A DNA stretch of 42,288 bases, taken from the IMG/VR virus record IMGVR_UViG_3300043220_000204, positions 1 through 42,288 of that record. One strand, written 5' to 3'. The notes beneath the pieces were generated by a model. That model had not been told where the DNA came from, did not search any database, and saw nothing but the letters and a program-made list of their open reading frames with translations. The translations under genes were made by a program, and so were the position numbers. This document shows positions 36,447 to 42,288 of the stretch, one piece after another. The stretch is from a virus. Its lineage: Duplodnaviria > Caudoviricetes. Position 1 is the first letter of the stretch; each line of letters begins with the position of its first letter.

Positions 36447-36605
36447 TTATTTAGTAGCTCTAAGCCCTGCTTTTATTAAATATCTAACCTGGGCCACAAA
36501 GTTTCTATCGTCTCTTTTAGCCCTAATTATTATCTTCGTTTCAAGACTCTTCGGCATCAACACGGACTTTTTTATTTCTTTTTCTTTTTCTTTTTCTTTT
36601 TTCAT
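36447..36605 (-). CDS. Arc-like ribbon-helix-helix regulator (52 aa, not in ORF track)
   Basis: KKSVLMPKSLETKIIIRAKRDDRNFVAQVRYLIKAGL; AAGGGG SD. Confidence 0.8.
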   Translation of the reverse strand: MKKEKEKEKEIKKSVLMPKSLETKIIIRAKRDDRNFVAQVRYLIKAGLRATK

Positions 36606-36634
36606 TTTACCCCTTTATATATTTAAGTTTAATT

Positions 36635-36847
36635 TTATTCTAATATTTCAATAGCTTCAATAAGCGCTGCATATTTATTTTCATGGAATATCCCTGTTAA
36701 TATTTTTGGAGGGCCTATAGCATCAACACCAGAATTAATAAAAGTTAAATACTTGCCTTCCATGGGGAAATACGTACATGATGCAGTTTTATCTGCTTTT
36801 TTCATTCTATCTATTAAATCTTTAGTTTTTTCAGAATAATAATACAT
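36635..36847 (-). CDS. hypothetical protein
   Basis: AGGGGG SD. Confidence 0.7.
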   Translation of the reverse strand: MYYYSEKTKDLIDRMKKADKTASCTYFPMEGKYLTFINSGVDAIGPPKILTGIFHENKYAALIEAIEILE

Positions 36848-36859
36848 ATAGTCCCCCTT

Positions 36860-37084
36860 TTATAAAACCCTCTCAAAAGTTTCTTTATTAAAAAAAGAAC
36901 TGTCTTGTAAATTAAACTTAACCGGTCTTTTTCTATGAAGTTCCCAAACTTGCTGACCTTCGTATGTAGAAGAACAGCATCCATAATTACTCATAGTGTC
37001 ACCAAAAAACTTCATACTGGATCTTTCGAAAAAGTGACCGCCTACCTTTGTTTCATAATTGTATTTTAAATTAGATGGTGTCAT
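36860..37084 (-). CDS. conserved-looking phage hypothetical protein
   Basis: AAGGAG SD; HFFERSSMKFFGDT motif recurs in phage early regions. Confidence 0.75.
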   Translation of the reverse strand: MTPSNLKYNYETKVGGHFFERSSMKFFGDTMSNYGCCSSTYEGQQVWELHRKRPVKFNLQDSSFFNKETFERVL

Positions 37085-37100
37085 TATTGTTTCTCCTTAT

Positions 37101-37250
37101 TTAATTATTAAATAAATCATTATACATATTGTCAATTGCTTCTTTCCTGGCTTCGGGTGTCCAGCTCGTGAAATCATAATCAATATTTTTAATTATACTG
37201 TTTGCTATTTTATTTTTTATGATTTGTTTTTTTGTTAGTTGTTTTTTCAT
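37101..37250 (-). CDS. small hypothetical protein (49 aa, not in ORF track)
   Basis: AGGGG SD; MKKQLTKKQIIKNKIANSIIKNIDYDFTSWTPEARKEAIDNMYNDLFNN; first gene after the promoter. Confidence 0.7.
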   Translation of the reverse strand: MKKQLTKKQIIKNKIANSIIKNIDYDFTSWTPEARKEAIDNMYNDLFNN

Positions 37251-37280
37251 GCCGTCCCCTTTGTTGTTAGATTTAAATTC

Positions 37281-37309
37281 ATATTCTCAAATAAATATTA
37301 TTCTGTCAA
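37281..37309 (-). promoter_or_regulatory. early-type promoter
   Basis: TTGACA-17-GAATAT with extended -10 TG. Confidence 0.65.
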
Positions 37310-37472
37310 CACTTTTTATTCTTTTTTATTTAAACATGTTCTTAAATATTCTTAGATATAGAGTTGATAAGGGTTTGAGGAGATAATTTTTATTGTATTT
37401 TATTTTCTCTTAAAGTATATATAGGTAGCTGTATTTTAAAGGAATTATTGAGATTTTAAGATAAAAAGTAGA

Positions 37473-37634
37473 TTATTTAAGTGGTAGTTTTACAGCAGTA
37501 GACAAGGTTTTTGACATATCAGAAACCTTGTCAACTTTTTTGAGGTTTGGGGTTTCATTTTTAGAAATACATATTCCCATAATTTTCTCAAGATCATTTA
37601 AATATTCAAAATAATCTTTATCCGGCTTATTCAT
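37473..37634 (-). CDS. hypothetical protein
   Basis: ORF MNKPDKDYFEYLNDLEKIMG...; start uncertain. Confidence 0.45.
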   Translation of the reverse strand: MNKPDKDYFEYLNDLEKIMGICISKNETPNLKKVDKVSDMSKTLSTAVKLPLK

Positions 37635-37907
37635 TGTTTTCCAGTTCATCAAGAGCCTCATTTTGTATATCTATTGATTCTTTTGTAACTCTTTTACAGG
37701 TTCTATTTTCGAAATATCTTCTGTACCAATTTTGATATCTCCAATCACCTTTATGTTGTTTGTAACCTTTTTTAGCTTTCATATTAAATAACCTATAGCC
37801 ATCTAATTCTATTCAAAAATTCAAATCCTTGAAAAACTCCTCTATATTGTCATGGAGTCTTTTTGTTATTTTATATATTGTTTCTTTTATGTTCACTTTT
37901 CATGCTT

Positions 37908-37957
37908 AAAAAAGCTCTGTCCGACCGGGTGTATATTTTCGAACAGAGCTTGATTTT
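37908..37957 (-). terminator. terminator-like hairpin with 14-nt loop
   Basis: AAGCTCTGTTCGA-N14-TCGGACAGAGCTT-TTTT. Confidence 0.65.
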
Positions 37958-37984
37958 ATATCATATTTTATCTGGTATTTCTAT

Positions 37985-38251
37985 TTATATGTTGTCACAC
38001 ATTCTGTTGCTACAAGTTGCCCGAATGTAATTATAAGCAATTCCCTGGAATAATCTTTTCACCGTGTCCGGTTTATTTTTTAGCTTTCTGCGGTGAGTTA
38101 AATTTAAATTTGCAGGGTCTTTGTTTTTCTTTAATACTAATAACCTTGATGGGTCTTTATTCTTTTTGACTTTTGAAATGTCTTCAACAAAGAAGACGGC
38201 CCTTGCCACGCAAAGCATGAATAATGTGAATAAGAAAATAAATATATTCAT
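37985..38251 (-). CDS. membrane-anchored basic hypothetical protein
   Basis: AAGGAG SD; N-terminal TM segment; KKNKDP twice. Confidence 0.6.
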   Translation of the reverse strand: MNIFIFLFTLFMLCVARAVFFVEDISKVKKNKDPSRLLVLKKNKDPANLNLTHRRKLKNKPDTVKRLFQGIAYNYIRATCSNRMCDNI

Positions 38252-38309
38252 AAAACTCCTTTCAATATACCTGATAAATTATTATATTTTATATCAAGCC
38301 GGTTAATAT

Positions 38310-38438
38310 TTAAATGTTCTGGAAAAAATTAAGAATTTTAATAATCTTGCTTTGGTAGGGTATTACATTGTTGGGAATAGCTCCCAGGAAAACTTCAAAT
38401 GCTGAAAGTACCGCAGGAATAAGGAAAAATAATTCCAT
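38310..38438 (-). CDS. small hydrophobic protein (42 aa, not in ORF track), holin-like candidate
   Basis: AAGGA SD; MELFFLIPAVLSAFEVFLGAIPNNVIPYQSKIIKILNFFQNI. Confidence 0.6.
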   Translation of the reverse strand: MELFFLIPAVLSAFEVFLGAIPNNVIPYQSKIIKILNFFQNI

Positions 38439-38462
38439 CTTTAAATCCTTTCTTTTGATTAA

Positions 38463-38762
38463 TTAATCTGTGGCGTATACCTCTTTACTTTGCCAACAGT
38501 TCGGGTCATTGTCAGGGCATTTCTTGATTACAACTAAGTTCATAATGGAGTTCTTAAGGGCTGACATATCATTAGATAACGATTCCATCCCCTGAGCATG
38601 CCTTGAAATATCAACCTTAAGGCTCTTCATTTCTTCTCTTAGACCTGTGACGTGTATTTTATTTTCAAGTACTGTATATGGCTGCATGAAGAGAAATAAA
38701 ACCGATACAACTGTGATTCCGAATGTTACAGAGGTTATAATTATTTTCCAAAAGTTTGACAA
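38463..38762 (-). CDS. TM plus coiled-coil protein (possible lysis accessory)
   Basis: AAGGTG plus TTG start; N-terminal TM helix then heptad pattern. Confidence 0.65.
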   Translation of the reverse strand: MSNFWKIIITSVTFGITVVSVLFLFMQPYTVLENKIHVTGLREEMKSLKVDISRHAQGMESLSNDMSALKNSIMNLVVIKKCPDNDPNCWQSKEVYATD

Positions 38763-38779
38763 TAGATCACCTTGAAATG

Positions 38780-38886
38780 TTAAAACCGGGCCAGGATAAC
38801 ACCAACCCGGTTAAAGGAAATAAGCAATGAAAAAACAATTTTTGGAGCATTGTGATATATTACTATTATTTTTTACTTTTTGTCAA
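38780..38886 (-). ncRNA. promoter plus about 70-nt terminated small RNA candidate
   Basis: TTGACA-18-TAATAT; pyrimidine-rich anti-SD/anti-AUG segment; stem AACCGGGTTGG/CTGGCCCGGTT with G-U pairs, ending in TTTT. Confidence 0.5.
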
Positions 38887-38994
38887 TAAAATATAATTTC
38901 CCATTTTATAAAAAATACTTCCGGGAGCTTAAAAATATAAACATAACAATTTCAACAACTTGGAAAATAAATACAAATAAACTTATCTTTTATC

Positions 38995-39033
38995 ATTTGT
39001 TTGTTTGACAAACAGATAAATATATGAGAATAT
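38995..39033 (+). promoter_or_regulatory. promoter/operator copy 1
   Basis: ATTTGTTTGTTTGACAAACAGATAAATATA; TTGACA-17-GAATAT. Confidence 0.75.
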
Positions 39034-39074
39034 GTACTTGAAGCTAACGAAAAACAAAAAGGAAAATAAATAAA

Positions 39075-39260
39075 ATGATAAACACAAAATTAGCAAAAAA
39101 AGTATTAACAAAACAAGAACAAAAGCATTTAACTGAATGTGGAATAAAAAATATGGCGGGGTTGCACAGGCAAGTAAGATTAATGAAACAACAATCTACT
39201 GGAGGGATACCTTGTTTTGATTGTAAACATATATCTGTAAAATTAGGGGTGTGGGTATGA
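39075..39260 (+). CDS. hypothetical protein
   Basis: AAGGA SD; first gene after the promoter; CxxC. Confidence 0.7.
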   Translation: MINTKLAKKVLTKQEQKHLTECGIKNMAGLHRQVRLMKQQSTGGIPCFDCKHISVKLGVWV

Positions 39261-39334
39261 AAAACGCATATTTTGACATCAGGTGTCCGGGAAGTTAAAA
39301 CAGCTTATAATTTAGTTAAAAAAGGGGAAATACC

Positions 39335-39757
39335 ATGGATTTTAAATACAAATACAAAAATGTAAAATTGACCATCTTGGATCTATTAAAAAACGGAATT
39401 CCGTTCACGATATCGAAAACAACTATCTCGACATGGAACTCTAAAAACACAAAAATAATAGCTGTGTATTATCGCAAAGATAATTCTCTGCATACCGGGA
39501 AAGCTATCCCTGAAAAAACACTGAAAAAATACATAATAACACCTGGGGAAAAAATCAGGAGGGAAGGTATTTCCAAAAATAATACTGGCAATAAAAACGC
39601 CAGGCAAGGAAAAGAAAATAAAAATAAAACATTCGCAGGCATTAGGGTGGATCAAGAAAAATTAGAGATTTTAATAAAAAATTATGAGCTATCTGGAGCG
39701 AACTGTCAAAGCTCATTCTTGATTGATTTAGGTTTAAAGGCAGATGTTATTTTTTAA
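39335..39757 (+). CDS. hypothetical protein with probable C-terminal RHH DNA-binding domain
   Basis: GNKNA motif, then FAGIRVDQEKLEILIKNYELSG...SSFLIDLG. Confidence 0.7.
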   Translation: MDFKYKYKNVKLTILDLLKNGIPFTISKTTISTWNSKNTKIIAVYYRKDNSLHTGKAIPEKTLKKYIITPGEKIRREGISKNNTGNKNARQGKENKNKTFAGIRVDQEKLEILIKNYELSGANCQSSFLIDLGLKADVIF

Positions 39758-39785
39758 TTTATTTTAATTATTATAGTTATTTTCT

Positions 39786-39824
39786 ATTTGTTTGCTTGAC
39801 AAACAGATAAATATAAGTTATTAT
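39786..39824 (+). promoter_or_regulatory. promoter/operator copy 2
   Basis: ATTTGTTTGCTTGACAAACAGATAAATATA (29/30 identical to copy 1); TTGACA-17-TATTAT. Confidence 0.8.
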
Positions 39825-39865
39825 ATATTTAAAGGGTAAGAAAAAAACAAACAAAGGAAAATAAA

Positions 39866-40360
39866 ATGGAAAAAACAAACGTAGAAATAAAAAATGAAAA
39901 TATCAAAATGACAAAAATTCAAGAAAATATGTTGGGAAACATAATAAGAATAAAATCCTTAAATATTGATGCATATAAGGTAAATGGAAAAATAATTATT
40001 GAGGCTTCTTTTTTTACATGCTGCGATGAAAAAGCTAATAAATCAACTATAATGGCAATGTACAAAAAAGGTATTATTGATTTTCCAATTAATGATTTAG
40101 ATGAAGAACCACCAGTAGAAGAAATAGAAACACTAAATAAAAGAATTAGAAATATAAATTGTAAAATTGCAAATTCAAAATTAGAAAAATTTAAAATGAA
40201 TTCATTTGAAAAAAATGTAAGAACAGCAATCAAAGAAGCTCCTCCAGAAAATGTTTTGGTAATAGTTAATCTTGAAAAATATACTTATAGGCATATAGAT
40301 AGAATAAAGAAAGATAATTTGCTTCCAATGCCTGGATTTAGCGGAGCATTTTTTAAATAA
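39866..40360 (+). CDS. hypothetical protein
   Basis: AAGGA SD; follows promoter copy 2. Confidence 0.7.
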   Translation: MEKTNVEIKNENIKMTKIQENMLGNIIRIKSLNIDAYKVNGKIIIEASFFTCCDEKANKSTIMAMYKKGIIDFPINDLDEEPPVEEIETLNKRIRNINCKIANSKLEKFKMNSFEKNVRTAIKEAPPENVLVIVNLEKYTYRHIDRIKKDNLLPMPGFSGAFFK

Positions 40361-40407
40361 AAATAAAGGGGGATGAAAATCCCCCACCAAATAAGGAATT
40401 AAATAAA

Positions 40408-40704
40408 ATGAAAACAATTCACACAACAAAAGCAAAAAATAATGCAGAAACAGAAAGCATGTTATTAACTCTTATTAATAGAGCAGACATAAAAGAAAAT
40501 AGAAAAATAAGAGCAAGAAAAAAGCTTGAAAAATATTATTCTGAAAGAATTCTTCAAGGCGTATGGGTTGCTATAGGAAATACATATAATAAAAAAGAAG
40601 AACTTAAGAAAGATGGATTTATTTATTGCAGCGGCTCCCAGATATGGTATTCAAGAGAGAGGAAAGTCAGCTCTATTGAGGGAGTTGAAATGATTAAGGG
40701 TTAA
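40408..40704 (+). CDS. hypothetical protein with GNTY..KEELK..G..W domain (DUF5710-like)
   Basis: IGNTYNKKEELKKDGFIY.....WY. Confidence 0.7.
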   Translation: MKTIHTTKAKNNAETESMLLTLINRADIKENRKIRARKKLEKYYSERILQGVWVAIGNTYNKKEELKKDGFIYCSGSQIWYSRERKVSSIEGVEMIKG

Positions 40705-40723
40705 GGATCAGGAAATAACAAAT

Positions 40724-40758
40724 AAAAAAAAGACCGGAATCAAACCCGGTCTTTTTTT
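40724..40758. terminator. bidirectional intrinsic terminator
   Basis: A8-GACCGG-aatcaaac-CCGGTC-T7 between convergent genes. Confidence 0.9.
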
Positions 40759-40822
40759 ATGGAAATTTGAAAAAATAAAATGAAGTATTCAAGTGGAATT
40801 TATTAACTTAATCATTAATCAT

Positions 40823-41191
40823 CTAAGTTGTCAACTTTTTTTTTGCACCAGTTGCCCCCAGATAAACATCTGCCGAAATTGATGATAAAACCTTCACCTT
40901 TGCGTCTTCATACCCAATACGAAATGGATTATTCTTAATAATCATATTTATTGCAGTATTAAGCTTATCTGATTCCTTAATAATACCGATCGCAGCAGCT
41001 TCCTCTGCGTAATTGATAGCCTCAATTCCAAGCCTGTTTAATTTCATCTCCGCAGCCTCGGAAACCATGATTTTTGTTTTTTCTTCAAAATATTTCAATC
41101 CTGATTTTATAATTATTGGAACCGCAATGGTTGCAACGCCGGTAAAAATACTGAATAAAATAGATCCTACCATGGTTAAAATTTCAATCAT
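40823..41191 (-). CDS. holin (LL-H-like)
   Basis: One N-terminal TM segment, then AINYAEE...DKLNTA; adjacent to the lysin. Confidence 0.7.
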   Translation of the reverse strand: MIEILTMVGSILFSIFTGVATIAVPIIIKSGLKYFEEKTKIMVSEAAEMKLNRLGIEAINYAEEAAAIGIIKESDKLNTAINMIIKNNPFRIGYEDAKVKVLSSISADVYLGATGAKKKLTT

Positions 41192-41211
41192 TTTTTTCTC
41201 CTTTTTTTAAA

Positions 41212-41616
41212 TTAACAATCAATTATTGTAACTTTTAATTCGTCTATATTTTCGGTCAAACCCATGAACCGAGCGCATGTTGCCTTTGTGTGTGTCACCC
41301 CCCTTTCTCCCTTAAAATCTCCATATGGAGTTCTTCCTATCCCCACACACCCTTTAAAATTTCTTTTAGAGTTTCCTTTATGATTTATTATTATCCAAGT
41401 CCTATCAGGAACATTTTGAAGAACCCAGCACAATCCATGGCTTGTGGATCTGACTTTTCTTGCCAAATATTCGCCAGGAAGAACTCTTGATTTAAATGGA
41501 ATATTATATTGGTCAGGGCATTCGATTGAAAATCCGATAAATTCATTATCAAGAAACTGCACACCTCTGTTTCCCTGAGTTTTTGAATGTTCAAATCTGT
41601 AAATTTTTAAATGCAT
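41212..41616 (-). CDS. DUF5675-family putative endolysin (L,D-transpeptidase-like)
   Basis: SRVLPGEY, LQNVPDR..I..H.GN......GCV.IG. Confidence 0.8.
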   Translation of the reverse strand: MHLKIYRFEHSKTQGNRGVQFLDNEFIGFSIECPDQYNIPFKSRVLPGEYLARKVRSTSHGLCWVLQNVPDRTWIIINHKGNSKRNFKGCVGIGRTPYGDFKGERGVTHTKATCARFMGLTENIDELKVTIIDC

Positions 41617-42116
41617 TACACCATTCCCCTCTCAATCCTTTGTTTTGTATTTAATCCTGTGAATAATATTATTTCTCTTATAGTTTTACGCTGGAATTTT
41701 TTCTCGTCTAAAGTCAAAGGCTTTTCTTCTTTTTTTTTAACCTTTTTTGCAGCGTCGCTCACTTTTCTTTCAACCTCCTTTTTTTTATTTTTTTTCTCTT
41801 TTGGGGTCATTAATTTTAAATTGTTATATTTTATATCTCTTTTATTCCCATCAATAATTTTTACTCTATTGACGGGGTAAGCACCTGTAACGTAATAGAC
41901 TGCAAGCATGTGTAAGCCGTATTCTTTACCTTTAATTAAACATTTCAAATAACCTTGCGAGCTTATATGATGTTTTATTTCTCCCCCTGCTTTTACTAAT
42001 ATCTTTTTATAATTGTATGACATTTTATCTTTTTTATATGTGAATTTTCCTGACTTTTTGCAATAATCGCAGTAGTTCAACAGTTCTGAGTGACTTATTA
42101 TGTTTTTTTTCATCAT
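41616..42116 (-). CDS. HNH-endonuclease-like protein with degenerate active site
   Basis: LLNY...SG.F......AG......GY...I.GK.Y..H.LA.YYVTG.YP scaffold, but VKIIDGNKRDI where IDHI.G...DN is expected. Confidence 0.7.
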   Translation of the reverse strand: MMKKNIISHSELLNYCDYCKKSGKFTYKKDKMSYNYKKILVKAGGEIKHHISSQGYLKCLIKGKEYGLHMLAVYYVTGAYPVNRVKIIDGNKRDIKYNNLKLMTPKEKKNKKKEVERKVSDAAKKVKKKEEKPLTLDEKKFQRKTIREIILFTGLNTKQRIERGMV

Positions 42117-42288
42117 ATATTTTCCAAGTATTCAATTAAAACTTTCAATGCAGCCTCATGACCCTTACAAATAACAGCCTTGCGCCCCTGATCTGCCAGG
42201 AATTGAAGAAAATCTTTTTGCTCTTTACTAGCAACGCCTCCTTTTACACGTTTTAATTCTATGTGTAGCCCGGAATAATATTTGTTTT
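42113..42288 (-). CDS. VRR-NUC domain nuclease, C-terminal part (5' end outside window)
   Basis: YSGLHIELKRVKGGVASKEQKDFLQFLADQGRKAVICKGHEAA...YLENI*; TGA overlaps the ATG of the next gene. Confidence 0.85.
   Translation of the reverse strand, partial: NKYYSGLHIELKRVKGGVASKEQKDFLQFLADQGRKAVICKGHEAALKVLIEYLENI

Noticed and set aside
37925-38810. Pairing between the 37925-37938 terminator loop and the 38780 sRNA
   Set aside because: Only a gapped CCGGGT/GTGT match, and that part of the sRNA is sequestered in its own stem
32635-40800. CRISPR mini-array
   Set aside because: The repeats found are promoter copies about 790 bp apart or short motifs, not constant repeats with 30-40 nt spacers
41616-42288. 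VRR-NUC/HNH fusion protein
   Set aside because: Recounting shows the VRR-NUC frame stops at TGA (42115-42113) overlapping ATGATG, so these are two coupled genes
1-42288. Genome-wide stop-codon reassignment or suppressor tRNA
   Set aside because: Core genes are full length in code 11, TAG and TGA end genes at sensible positions, and the tRNA anticodon is GCT, not CTA or TCA
1-42288. Complete circular genome or terminal repeat
   Set aside because: The two ends share no visible overlap and cut different genes, so some sequence is missing

Overview
This AT-rich window looks like a near-complete genome of a tailed dsDNA phage with a short non-contractile tail. Its head-tail module resembles Bordetella BPP-1/epsilon15-type podoviruses. 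Both ends cut minus-strand genes, consistent with a circularly permuted genome missing a short piece. Layout: (1-4958, -) lambdoid-type replication initiator with internal repeats, its partner gene, an HTH regulator and a C5 DNA methyltransferase; (5138-12683, +) RHH regulator, Rad50/SbcC-like ATPase, RecT, MBL-fold nuclease, Rha and nin-like genes; (12793-32634, -) terminase large subunit through portal, scaffold, capsid, tail, ejection proteins and tail fibre; (32640-38890, -) tRNA-Ser(GCT), terminase small subunit, many small genes and a dense set of structured non-coding elements; (38995-40758, +) an island driven by duplicated promoters; (40823-42288, -) holin, DUF5675 lysin, degenerate HNH and a partial VRR-NUC. 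I see no integrase, DNA/RNA polymerase, reverse transcriptase or CRISPR array. The most novel-looking signal is non-coding: several promoter/structured-RNA units, including a pseudoknotted pre-tRNA leader, an anti-RBS small RNA candidate, a long attenuator-like hairpin in front of terL and a promoter nested inside a terminator. Family assignments come from motif recognition by eye, not from database searches.
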